Below, piece by piece: positions 52,090 through 64,000 of a DNA stretch of 64,000 nt. A program made the position numbers and the translations under genes. This DNA is from Macrostomum lignano. Lineage: Eukaryota. The stretch's first letter is position 1. Every line of letters starts with the position of its first letter. The DNA is taken from contig NIVC01000516.1 in the NCBI GenBank assembly GCA_002269645.1, forward strand, positions 434,001 to 498,000, in the 5' to 3' direction. A model generated the notes under the pieces. The model made no database searches and was not told the DNA's origin. It saw nothing but the letters and a program-made list of their open reading frames with translations.

Positions 52090-53391
52090 AACGATTGCAG
52101 ACTGGCAATTCAAAGGATGAAAACATGGACAACTAAAAGTAGCTGAAGGCCGCGGGCGCTAGATTCGAAAATCATGCACATTTTCCTTGCAACTGAGTGT
52201 CTTTTGCTTGAGGTTGATCCAACCATTTTTTTCAGAAACGCTATACCTGCAGAGCAAAGCAATCGTACTAAACAAAGTAACTGGAATTTTTTAAATTCTG
52301 ACTGGCAACTGACCCTAAACCTAACCTAAATCCTAATTAGCGGGCAGAGCAGCTCATCAGCAAACGCATCTGACTCTCGCGCTGCAACCCCTTGGTATGA
52401 TTCCGTGAGCGGCGATTCACAACTCAAGGTCCAACCCCCCAGGCGCAGACAATCAATTAATCATCAATTCACGTTAGGACAAATCGACAAGAATATGATT
52501 CCAGATATATTAGGGTTTTTTGTAATTCAGAAACAAATAAAAAACTATTTTTACACACAAAAATTCGAAAAGCAAATATTTTGTATGCCACATGTACCGT
52601 TTGAAGCTTTGTAGCTAGCTACTCAACTAATACATTCTAAAAGTACAATTAATTATGAATGCTGTTCATGAACGTTAAAATTTTAACATTCTCTTGTTCT
52701 GACTTACTGCTAAACGTACTGTTGATTTGAACCTTGGAAAACAGATTCCCAATAGGCGTTATCTCTAATAATAGAATTGCTTTCCTTCATGGCATGAAAC
52801 TATGAATTAAATGTTCATTTTGTAATTTCATTTATTTCCATGAATTGCATCAAAAGCTAAAGCTGTTGTAGTTTAAATAGCTTAATTTAAAAAATGAAAA
52901 TATTTTTTGAAAGGATGGAATTGACAATTGCTCTTATATACTCGTATATGCTTGTTCAATTTTTAATTATTCACTTACACATGACTTCTAGTTTGCAGGA
53001 ACGAAAAAGGCACGCGTTTCCCGTGTTCCCTTAATTAATTTTAACAAACTGATTGACCTTTATTTTATCGGATATATCCTTAAATAATCTCAAATACCTT
53101 TCTACACACCGTTTTTTGGGCGAAATTTAGTTTTTTTTGCTTCTGTTTTATACTGTTTAGTTTTAAATATTGTTTGCTTCAGAGTATAGGTTAAATTTTA
53201 CTTCAATAAATCTGGTGTAGCTATGTATAACAAATAGAGGTTAATTCGCAACGACGCAAGATTTAGTTATAATTTGCGATAATTGTTTGATACACTGGAT
53301 CACGTTGCGATTTAAGCATTTGATTTTTGAAACCAATAAGTATTTAACTGTTGGCCATAGTTGCATTAATCAATCCAACAGTAAGCTTCAT

Positions 53392-53775
<384 letters not shown>

Positions 53776-53803
53776 GCTCAGTGCAGTTTGTATTCTAGCC
53801 AGT

Positions 53804-56628
53804 CTAGTCAGCACTCCAGCCAGTCGGCAGCTTCACACTGCGAAAGGTCAAGTTGCTGGCTGGGCCCGATGTCTGCGGACGCTGAACGAGGCGCTGACGA
53901 CAGCCTTCAGCCTCCCTTTCTGGGACAGATTGGTCTACCAGCGCTGTCCTGGAGCCGCCCGCAGTTACTGCCAGCATAGACAGCGACCTGCTGGCGTAGT
54001 AGTCTGTCGCAGGCGAGACTGACGACTGGTCTGTTAAGCTACTGGCAGCGGCGGGCAGTCGCAGTCGAGCCAGACTGTCGCAGAACTCGCGGACCCGATC
54101 GGCGTGTCGAAGTTCGGCCTGGCGGCGCCTGTCCAGCTCCAGCAGCTGCTGGTTGCCAGGCGACCGGTCGGAGGACTCGGCAACTCGGCGTTCCACAGCT
54201 GCCAGCAGCTGGCTGGTGAGCTGCGGACTGCCGCTGCGCCTGCCCTGAAGGTTATTCAAGGACGAGGCCGTTTCATAAGCTCGAAATTTTACAACACGAT
54301 GTCTTCAAAACCCACAACTTAAACGATTGCGATAACACTTATAAAGTTTAAGGCCTGGGATTTTTTCTGTCTCAGACCGGAGAAAATGGAATATGAGGAA
54401 CAGGAAGATAGGGCACAGAGGAGGATGGGGCACAGGATGATGGGGCACAGGGGATGATGGGGCACAGGGGGAGGATGGGGCACAGGGGAGGATGAGGCAC
54501 AGGGGAGGATGGGGCACAGGGGAGGATTGGGCACAGGGGAGGATGGGGCACAGGGGAGGATTGGGCACAGGGGAGGATGGGGCACAGGGGAGGATGGGGC
54601 ACAGGGGAGGATGGAGCACAGGGGAGGATGGGGCACAGGGGAGGATGGGGCACAGGGGAGGATGGGGCACAGGGGAGGATGGGGCACAGGGGAGGATGGG
54701 GCACAGGGGAGGATTGGGCACAGGGGAGGATGGGGCACAGGGGAGGATGGGGCAAAGGGGGGATGGAGCCCAGGGGAGGATGGGGCACAGGGGAGGATGG
54801 GGCACAGGGGAGCATGGGGCACAGGGGAGGATGGGGCACAGGGGGAGGATGGGGCACAGGGGGAGGATGGGGCACAGGGGAGGATGGGGCACAGGGGAGG
54901 ATGGGGCACAGGGAAGGATGGGGCACAGGGGAGGATGGGGCACAGGGGAGGATGGGGCACAGGGAAGGATGGGGCACAGGGGAGGATGGGGCACAGGGGA
55001 GGATGGGGCACAGGGGAGGATGGGGCACAGGGAGGATTGGGCACAGGGGAGGATGGGGCACAGGGGAGGATGGGGCACAGGGGAGGATGGGGCACAGGGG
55101 AGGATGGAGCACAGGGGAGGATGGGGCACAGGGGAGGATGGGGCACAGGGGAGGATGGGGCACAGGGGAGGATTGGGCACAGGGGAGGATGGGGCACAGG
55201 GGAGGATGGGGCACAGGGGAGGATGGGGCACAGGGAGGATGGGGCACAGGGGAGGATTGGGCACAGGGAGGATGGGGCACAGGGGAGGATGGGGCAAAGG
55301 GGGGATGGAGCCCAGGGGAGGATGGGGCACAGGGGAGGATGGGGCACAGGGGAGGATGGGGCACAGGGAAGGATGGGGCACAGGGAGGATGGGGCACAGG
55401 GGAGGATGGGGCAAAGGGGGGATGGAGCCCAGGGGAGGATGGGGCACAGGGGAGGATGGGGCACAGGGGAGGATGGGGCACAGGGAAGGATGGGGCACAG
55501 GGGAGGATGGGGCACAGGGGAGGATGGGGCACAGGGGAGGATGGGGCACAGGGGAGGATGGGGCAAAGGGGGGATGGAGCCCAGGGGAGGATGGGGCACA
55601 GGGGAGGATGGGGCACAGGGGAGGATGGGGCACAGGGGAGGATGGGGCACAGGGGAGGATGGGGCACAGGGGAGCTGTGGTGAAAAGTGAAAAGATCAAG
55701 CCCATGTCGGTAGGGCTTTTCCCGAGAAACCAGTCTCGAGGTATTTTCTAAAGAAAGAAAGTTTCCCGTCCTTTGTAAACATCCTTTTTCTCTGAGTACT
55801 CGTATCAGTACATGTAATTGATACTGCTGGTGTAGTTATATTAATAGAATTAAAATTCTATGGAGGAATAAAATGTATTATAAAACATATAAACTCCCAA
55901 TACCGACAATACCTTTTGCTGTGAAACCGTAGTGTCCTAATCTAGTTGTCCATGGCCTATAGGCAAACACAGGGGCGTCGCCATGCATTTTATGGGGGCA
56001 GGACAAAGCCAAGAATTCAACGTGTACATGATTACATTCCTACATGTCCATTATTTTGAGAATCGGTGTTGTCAGCGGTCATTTTAGCGCCGCAGCCACT
56101 CTTTTGGCGCCGCAGGCACTCATTTTAGCGCCGAAGGCAATCATTTTAGCGCCGCAGGCACTCATTTTGGTGCCCTTAAGAAAATTTATTGATTTCCCTA
56201 ACGGGTTACTAGGTAGGGAGGAGGGGGACAATGCATTGGCATGTCCCCCATAGCTTTTACTGGGGGGGAGGGGGGAAGCCGTAGGTCTTGTGAAAAAAAT
56301 GAGTCACCTGCCCCCGCTGCTGGAGCACCATCTGCAGGTCTCGCCGCTCCAGCTCCCGCTCAGCAGGCGTCGCCGAGGCTGCCTGCAGGCGAAGTCGCCA
56401 ACGCCTGGCGGTTTCCCGATCGCCGCTTCGTTTCGCCAGCGCCGCTCGCGTGGCCGCCAGGCGCCGATTGTAGCGCCGAAATAGCGCCGCCTGCTCGGAA
56501 GCCACGGCTGCGCTGACAATGGCGCCGGCCCGGGTCAGCTCCGCTAGCCGGTGACGGAGCGCCACATCCTCCTTGAAGTTGGCCAGAGTCGCCGACTGCT
56601 GCTGCTGCCGCTGACGAGTGCCGTCCAT
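53804..56628 (-). CDS. Uncharacterised 2-exon protein (about 253 aa), Arg/Ala/Gln-rich with predicted coiled-coil segments
   Basis: Exon 56628(ATG)-56308 ends CAG|GTGACT in phase 0; exon 54244-53804(TAG) follows CTTCAG in phase 0. Both are GC-rich islands in AT-rich or repeat DNA. No domain recognised with confidence. Confidence 0.62.
54410..55672. repeat. 17-bp G-rich minisatellite (GGGGAGGATGGGGCACA), intron of the orphan gene
   Basis: Tandem units visible. Confidence 0.96.
55970..56285 (-). mobile_element. Truncated copy of the 63331 MITE family, in the intron of the orphan gene
   Basis: Begins CAGGGGCGTCGCCATG and is the reverse complement of about 63380-63723 (CCATTATTTTGAGAA..GTGTTGTCAGC, TTTTGGCGCCGCAGGCACTCATTTT, ATAGCTTTTACTGGGGGG). 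The second TIR is missing. Confidence 0.75.
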
Positions 56629-56990
56629 ACGGAGAGCTTGTGACTGCCAACTATGGTCCAGCTAGCAAGCGCCGATCTTATAGCTTGGTTGCGGCATTTT
56701 AACCCGGGGTACGAGCGTACATGCATACACTGCTTTCCGAACCTTCTCTCTCCGGACCAAAGCATATACGCTCGTGATGATGTTTGAACAGCCGAATACC
56801 AAAATTATAGCATATCTCAGTCACACTGTTGAAAGCAAAACAAATAAAAGGGAAGCGATGTCAAATAAGGTGCGTCATCAGTGCACAAAAGCCTAAATTG
56901 AAATGAAGACTGGAATAATTAAGCGATAACGAACAACTAGTAGGGATGCGCGAGCTTCATGCATGAAAGACTTTTGAGAAACCCGTGTCC

Positions 56991-57262
56991 CAGGGGCGTC
57001 ACAATAGTACGCCCTAGGGACATGCCAATGCTTTGCCCCCCCCCCCACTCCACCTTGTGACCCGTTGTGGCAATCCATAAGTTTTCTCCAGGGCGCCAAA
57101 ATATAGCGCCTTTGGCGCCAAAATGTGTCTGCGGCGCCAAAAGGAATGCCTGGGTCGCCAAAATGACTGTCTGCGGCGCCAAAATGACTGTCTGCGGCGT
57201 CAAAATAAGCGCTGACAACACGATTCTCAAAATAATGGAAATGTAGGAATTTAGTCATGTAC
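56991..57262 (+). mobile_element. Truncated copy of the same MITE family, upstream of the orphan gene
   Basis: Begins CAGGGGCGTC and shares AATGCTTTG.CCCCCC, TGTGACCCGTTGT, GGCGCCAAAA units and GCTGACAACACGATTCTCAAAATAATGGA with the 63331 copy. The right TIR is absent. Confidence 0.72.
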
Positions 57263-57268
57263 TACGCA

Positions 57269-58420
57269 GGTCGGATTTTTCCCATAAGCGCCAGTGTATT
57301 CAGTACACCCCTGTGTGCCAATCAGCACTGTGCCTCAGTGCAGCCTTGCCAAGTCTCCAAATTTCATCAGAACGTCGATCACATGTGTCTGCATCAGCTG
57401 TAACTTCGTTGGTCACTAACCTTCACTCGGCGGAGCTTCTGGACCTTTAACAGGTCACACCATGCAGATGACTATTGACATGCGAATTTCTCTAGTTTCA
57501 CCGATCAAGCCTCGACAGTGGGCAAGCCTCAACTGCTGGACATCCTCAGCTAGTCTCTCGAGCATTCCGTCATCACCCCGACGCCGTTGGCTTCTTCAAC
57601 AGTTGACACCAGGTGACTATGGACACGCTGTTGCGAATTTCTTTGATGTCGCTGACCAGCATCAATATTGGGCAAACTTTAACTTCTGGTCGTTCTCAGC
57701 TTATAGACTATCAAACAGTCTATCATCACCGGACATTATTACGTAAACGTGATGACATAATTTGTTAATTAAACTGTTAATTCAACAGAATCTTCGCGAA
57801 GAAAAAAATTACAAGAAATTATCCAATTTTCTGTGTGAAATGAAGATCAATTTATAATATACTAAATCCTAATCTTGTCTTAAAAAGTTGCTAGGATTGT
57901 TAAGAAATTAAAAAAATCATCTCTTTTGGGTGTCTTTAGTCGGTTTCGTCTCCTTGAAGGTGCCGACGTCGGCTGAATGACAACCGGATGCTTGAAAAAC
58001 TAGTTGAGGATGACCAGCAGTTGAGGTTTGCCCATTATTGAAGCTTGATAAGAAAAATCTGACATATTTGCAACCAGATGTCCACATAATCGCCTGGTGT
58101 AATCTGCTGAAGGTGCCGACGGCGTCGGGGTGATGACGGAATGCTCGAGAGACTAGCTGAGGATATCCAGCAGTTGAGGCTTGATCGGCGAAACTATAGT
58201 GAAATTCGCATCAGGGTGTCCATAGTCACCTGCATGGTGTCACCTGTTGAAGGTCTAGAAGCTCCGCCTGTGTGAAATTTAGGCCACAACTGATGAAGAC
58301 ACATGTGGTAGACATACTGATGAAATTTGAAGACTTGGCAAGGCTGCACTGAGGCCCAGTGCTGATTGGCGCACAGGGGTGTACTGAATACACTAGCGCT
58401 TATGGGAAAAAAATCCGACC
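57269..58420. mobile_element. Long imperfect inverted repeat, foldback-like element
   Basis: About 57269-57715 is the reverse complement of about 57995-58420 (e.g. TCGGATTTTTCCCATAAGCGCCAGTGTATTCAGTACACCCCTGTG vs CACAGGGGTGTACTGAATACACTAGCGCTTATGGGAAAAAAATCCGA), with an AT-rich spacer and internal subrepeats. Confidence 0.78.
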
Positions 58421-59113
58421 TTCTGGCAGAATCGTCGAATATCTCGACGGTCTGGAGGGCTGGCGACTTGATTCTTGTTTGAGAAGGTGCGAAACAAAAA
58501 ATTGGCACGTATTCTTGAATTTCGTGTGCCTGCGTTGCTCCGTTCCGGCGCAGCAAAAAAAATTGTCAGTCCCCCCCTCTTGGTAGTTCTACTGTTAATT
58601 CGAAAGAACACACAAACTCTAGTAGCTACTTACACTCAGTAAGTAGTCTGCAATAGAAAATTTCATATTTAAAATATTCGAGGATAGAAAAGTTTCTTGC
58701 TTCCCTAGCAAATAAGTCAATCCCAATCCCGAAGTCGCGTGGCGGTTTAGTAGAAAGCAAGCTAATAAAACGGAACAAAAAATCTAAATATAGCAGGCCA
58801 TGGCTAATATCAGCTATTGCGCTGATCAGATGCAACTAACAGCGATATCAAAGCCCAACCCAATCAAAAGGAAGTTCCGTCTTATAGTGACACAGCTTGA
58901 GTATATAAATAGGTCTTCTTACTTACTATGCAGTATATATATGAAGTCTAGATTCAACATTGAAAAGTTTCGCTTAAGAACTCATTATCAGTCAGGAATT
59001 TTGCTCGTTTTGTTGTTGCAAACTATTGCTCTACAAAGTCAAGAATGTCATATCACTGCGCGTAAGTAAAAGTAAAAATCTTTGCTGCTTTTCTCCCAAA
59101 TATTTGCATTACA

Positions 59114-60620
59114 ATGGTATCATTTTGCTACAGCAGCAAGCTGAGCTTCAGCGAGCAGGACTGTCGCCTTGCACTGCGGAGCTATCTGCGACACCGTAAA
59201 AAGCTATCTAGCTGCCTAGCTGGGCTGTTGCGCGGCTGCATTCCCGACGGCGAGGTCACAATCTACGGCGTAGAGAATCATCTGGCTTACAAGGTTAGAC
59301 AAATTGTATTGTAATTAAGACGATATAAAGAGTAGCACATAAACCTTAGTACATGATAGTTTATTATCGATAGAATTCACTCCTAGTTTGCGCCCCAACA
59401 CTTGCATGTACTCAACTAAACACGCATAATTTCCATTATGAAAGTTTTCACAATGAAGTACTGTTATGTGTGAAAATTACAATAATTCCTGCAGACAACC
59501 AATCTATCGCTATTGATACCATGCATGCAGGTTACACTAGAATCCGTTATTGAGCGGCGCAGAAACTATGGCTACTCCATATTCAGTCTAGCCGAGGCCG
59601 ATTCAGCCAAACAAGAGCCAAGCGGCCCGGAGACAGGCCGAGAGTTTGATAGCTGCGAAAGAATCGTGAACTGTTTTAGCAAAGCCCAACGCGAGGCATG
59701 CAACCAGTGCAACGGCAGCGGCCTGACAGACTGCAAAGTCTGCAACGCCAGGGGCCACATTGACTGCGACTGCTTGGAGGAATCGTACCTGCCAGAGCTG
59801 CCTTCCGAATCTATCTACGGCCAAGCGCCTTGCGAACTGTGCGACGGATGCACCCACTGCTACGTCTGTTCTCACTGCGATGGCCGACTGCTGAATAAGT
59901 GTAAAGCTTGCGATGGAAAAGGAGACACTATAAATGTGCCTCAAGTCTGGATTACACGGTAACCCATATTAGATTTTAAGTTGCTATAAAGTTCCCCATT
60001 ATTCTTGATAATCTTATATTCAACATCAACAAAATCCCCGAAAATCGTTTGAGATTCAATTTAGACTACTAAAAAAGTAGACAAATACAGATTTAAATTG
60101 TAAAGTCTCTCCCATAACCTGAATGAAAATGTTGCCATAAAAAGAGAGCAACTAAAAAATGTTGGTGCACACCTAGTGTTGGGAGAAGATGGCCTATGGC
60201 TATGTCTGACTAATAAAGGCAAACAAGACAGAAACCTATCTTGGTTTGCCACAAAACATTTTCTGATCAATAGCATTTCACTCTAACTACATTTGTAGCA
60301 CTGTCCAGCATAATTACCATGTGCTGGATCTACCAGACGAATTGGACAAGTCACTAGTGGCACAGGCTGAAGGCTTGCTTCTACAAGATGGTGGAACAGC
60401 AATGAAAGCAATGGAAGCTGAGCTACAAAGAATGCACTCCAAGATGCAATTAATGGCCAATGAAAATATAACACACCAGCGCATAACAAAGCATTGCATA
60501 CCTATTGCCAAAGTGCTATATAAATATAGCAAAGGCAAGAAAGGCAAATTCTGGGTGCTGGGCATCTCTGGTGACTTTTGCTATTGTCCTAACATTCCTT
60601 CAGATTTGTATTTCAGTTAA
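59114..60620 (+). CDS. SSUH2: SSUH2-like protein with DnaJ-type CxxCxGxG zinc-finger repeats, 3 exons, about 309 aa
   Basis: Exons 59114(ATG)-59293, 59531-59958, 60299-60620(TAA), phases 0 and 2 consistent. CNQCNGSG, CKVCNARG, CELCDG, CSHCDG, CKACDGKG. Flanking segments (SEQDCRLALRSYL, YKVTLESVIERR, LVAQAEGLLL, HQRITKHCIPIAKVLYKY) parallel my recollection of the SSUH2 family layout. Confidence 0.75.
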
Positions 60621-60872
60621 AATGAACACTGATCAAACATTGAAATATCAGTCAAATGATTCAAACATTTTATAAAGATTTATTAATTATAACTTGCCTT
60701 TTATATTTGATTTTTTAATTTAATAGTTTCAAAATTGCAACTCATAATTATATATTATATTACATCCTTTTAATCACACAAATACACTTCAAGACATTGA
60801 AAAATGTCTACCTTGATCTAATGAGCCATTTTTCTCTAATTGCAATTGCAATTTACATTAATTGGCTCTACC

Positions 60873-61141
60873 AGGGACTATTTTGGTATTATGATAATAA
60901 AAGATAAATTTGACTTATACATGCATAATACCCTTGAATTATACTGGCCATGCAACTTGGGACAAGGGACTATTTTGGTATTATGATAATAAAAGATAAA
61001 TTTGACTTATACATGCATAATACCCTTGAATTATACTGGCCATGCAACTTGGGACAAGGGACTATTTTGGTATTATGATAATAAAAGATAAATTTGACTT
61101 ATACATGCATAATACCCTTGAATTATACTGGCCATGCAACT
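60873..61141. repeat. 92-bp tandem triplication
   Basis: GGGACTATTTTGG at 60874, 60966 and 61058. Confidence 0.93.
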
Positions 61142-62395
61142 TACTTTTTGGCCAAAAATGCAAATTTGTGAAAACTTGTGAAAAAACATAAAGAAAAATT
61201 AATGCAATTTTTGGTAAATAGCAAAAGTAACTATGACTGTCTTGATAAGGCAAAATGCTTCATTATCTATTTAGTACTATGTCTATTCTTTGGGAAAGGC
61301 ATTTTTGTGACTTACCCCTAGTGTACCACAATTTACAGTGGTTGGATTGGCCAGGTTAGCCAGTAGTTGTATATGTATATTATGACTTATTAGTTCTTAA
61401 AGTATGTAATCAAATAATATCATTATATAATTTATACTTGCAATTAAGGAAATGGCTCACTAGACAAAGGTAGATACTCTTCAATATCTGTTAGTAAATA
61501 TAATATTTTAGCCTTTTCCTTGATTTCATATTTTTTTATATTTAATATTCAATATGAATATTTAGTATTCAGATTAAATGTGTAAATGATTTGTTTAATT
61601 ATATATTTTATACAAAATACAAATAAAATACTTATAATTAAAATATGTTGCAATTATAACTATAGGTATCAATAAAAAAGCTTGTTTACTCAATATTTCA
61701 TATTTGTTTTTTTTAGAAAATCTTGTATTTTATAAATTTTTATTAATAACTTTATTAATTTTATCAATTTTTTTAAACTTGAAATAAAAAAAACACAGTC
61801 AAATTTAATTAACTCATTTATAATTAAACGAGTAGCTTATGGATACTACTTGAGAAATTTCCATAAGGTCTTTTTGATGATAGTCTAAAATTAATATTTA
61901 TTTATTGCTTAAGTTAAATACTTTAATTTGCATCAATTAACTGTTTAAATGGTATTATTACAAGTACAGAGAAGGGATTAACAATGTTACTTAAAATTGT
62001 TTTGAAGTGAAGTTGTGCAAACTCTAATCAGTATTTAGTTTATTCTGAATATAAGGTACAATAAATTTATTAATTTTTATTTATTATAGGATCAATGTAG
62101 GCCTCAACTCTAAATTATTAAGAGTGGGACATTTAAAAAAATGAAGTGTGTGAAGCTACATTTAGCTACTTTTATTAAGTTTTAAAAGTAATTATTGGCT
62201 GGGGGCTATGAACTAATAGCCGTAATAGGCCTAGGCCTATAAATCTAAAGACTAAATTTATAGTAGCTTACTATAAGGCCTAGGTCTGATAAAATTTTCC
62301 TTTAAACCAACAGTGAACAGGACAGATACTTTTTAAAAAATGGTCACTCATATTCCTTAATTCAGTAACTGTGTCACATTTCTGTATTAAATATT

Positions 62396-62704
62396 CTACT
62401 TGCTAATAGCCCGGAGTTCTTTCATGGTGCTCTTCACTTCAGGTGGAGTGTTGTCGTGTGGCTCCAACACCCAGAAAACATGATTTCCGTTAATCGGCAG
62501 AGGCTTATCGATGCCATCGACTCGATTTCCACTGGTGCGCAGAACTTTGAAGTCAGGCCGGACAGCAAACTGGTAGGTTATGTATCCAGAACAGATAATA
62601 GCTGCGGTGGTCAGTGCTCCAACAAGCGGAATACTGTCCACAGAAGACGTAAGTCGACGAAGAAGTTGAGAAAATGTTTTAACTTCGGTTGCATGTGACT
62701 TCAT
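62396..62704 (-). CDS. Small single-pass protein, NDUFA4/B12D (MLRQ-subunit)-like, 102 aa, intronless as seen
   Basis: ATG at 62704 to TAG at 62396. Basic N-terminus (FSQLLRRL), then SIPLVGALTTAAIICSGYITYQFAVRPDF, resembling the IPL-TM-Y-x-x-x-A-x-x-PD pattern of the NDUFA4 family. The coding island is more GC-rich than its very AT-rich flanks. Confidence 0.5.
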   Translation of the reverse strand: MKSHATEVKTFSQLLRRLTSSVDSIPLVGALTTAAIICSGYITYQFAVRPDFKVLRTSGNRVDGIDKPLPINGNHVFWVLEPHDNTPPEVKSTMKELRAISK

Positions 62705-63330
62705 ATTGTCGGAACGGCTTGGGTATTGTAATTTCAAACGATATGAACAATACGGATCACACTTAGATTCACTTAAATGTTGCCAAGTTGTAAATCTGAA
62801 AATTAGAGGCAACAAAAACGTTTTTAAATTTAACCTGTTATTAGATTTTTAACAAAATTTACCTAGACACTAACAGGCATTTAGGAGCATTTCTATTTAA
62901 AAATGCTATCTAGGATTTCTATCTAGAAGCAAGTATTTATACCTTATACTACTGAACAACTCTTAAAAACAGTTAAGAAATCCTTTTTCTGTGATGAACC
63001 TGACAACCTGACAACTGACCTAATGTATACCGTATATTGAAACTAAAGGCATGATTTTAGGAATTCGTATCAAGTAGCAATGTTTTTTTAACAAAGTAAC
63101 CTTAATTTTCAGAAATTCACTGAAATTTCCCGGTAGCTATGTACAACTTTTACTGGGCCAACTTACATGTAAAAGATTCGAGCAAAAGACAATGACCATT
63201 TAATTTACATTACCAAAAATATATTGACAAAATTATGTACACGTACTAGCTGTAACTTATCACAAAGGGCTATATAGGGTGCTGCAGCAATATGTAAAAG
63301 ACAGATACACGCGGCATGGAAGTCTTATGG

Positions 63331-63723
63331 CAGGCGCGTCGCATGCACCAGCAGAGGGGAGACAGGGGGGCCGGGACGACATGTCCCCCCCCCCCCCAGT
63401 AAAAGCTATGGGAATGCTTTGTCCCCCCACCCCACCTGTGACCCGTTGTAGTATAATCAGCAATTTCTCTTCAGGGTGCAAAATATAGCGCCTGCGGCGC
63501 TAAAATACAGCGCTAAAATATGCGCCGCTAAAATCATGCAGTGCCTGCGGCGCCAAAATGAGTGCCGCAGGCGCCAAAATGGCGCCAAAATGAGCGCTGA
63601 CAACACCGTGGTTCTCAAAATAATGGACACACAGGTAGGAATTTATTAGTCATATACATGTGTACATGTTGAATTATTGGCTTGTCCCCCACCATACAGT
63701 AAAATCCATGGCGACGCCCCCTG
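63331..63723 (+). mobile_element. hAT-type MITE, complete
   Basis: Exact 8-bp TSD TCTTATGG (63323-63330 and 63724-63731); imperfect TIRs CAGGCGCGTCGCATG / CATGGCGACGCCCCCTG; internal GCGGCGCCAAAATGAG units followed by GCTGACAACAC..TTCTCAAAATAATGG. Confidence 0.88.
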
Positions 63724-64000
63724 TCTTATGGTGTTTCTAGTCGACTGGTCTGAGAAAGTTATCATCGATTGCAGTAAAAAATCGGTTTGTTATAAATTAA
63801 CATGTCGCTTTTTATAATATTGATACATGTACTTTTGGAACCTGGAACATCTCCAGAATTTCCTTTCGTACATGTATGCATTTACAGTGCGTACTGCGGA
63901 AGCACTGAAGCGGCTTAAAATGTTTTCAGAATTTTAGGAGCCACTATATAGAAAGCCGGCCCCTGCATATAGTACAGTAAACTGCACGACTGCAAGGGCA

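Noticed and set aside
54305-55751. Six long ORFs (368-466 aa), one per frame
   Set aside because: The 17-bp unit has no stop codon on either strand, so the openness is compositional.

Overview
Eukaryotic (animal) genomic DNA with GT-AG introns, GC-rich exons and very dense mini/microsatellites. The style resembles the flatworm Macrostomum, but that is an inference and not provable from this window. I rebuilt six protein-coding loci by hand from splice sites and reading phase: (1) an 8-exon SLC6 Na+-dependent amino-acid transporter (+, 491-12206, N-terminus possibly outside the window); (2) a 3-exon Shaw/Kv3-type voltage-gated K+ channel (-, 32502-17102); (3) an RGS GTPase-activating protein with two candidate first exons (+, 42260-52089); (4) a 2-exon orphan coiled-coil-like gene (-, 56628-53804); (5) an SSUH2-like zinc-finger gene (+, 59114-60620); (6) a small NDUFA4/B12D-like membrane protein (-, 62704-62396). 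Mobile DNA: a decayed RNase H-bearing LINE 3' end interrupted by a histone H3 fragment, four hAT-type MITE copies sharing a 21-bp repeat with an E2F consensus site, three tRNA-derived SINE copies, and a foldback-like long inverted repeat. About 30 unrelated tandem arrays fill introns and intergenic DNA. Most long ORFs in the supplied track are artefacts of these arrays, and several of its starts are GTG/TTG codons not valid here. No CRISPR array, rRNA or genuine tRNA was found. Best leads: a Kv3 with neutralised outer S4 arginines and a rebuilt S6 gate, an SLC6 lacking two Na1 ligands, the H3-in-LINE chimera, and MITE-borne E2F-site arrays. All family calls come from recalled motifs, not database searches. 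Repeat boundaries are approximate.
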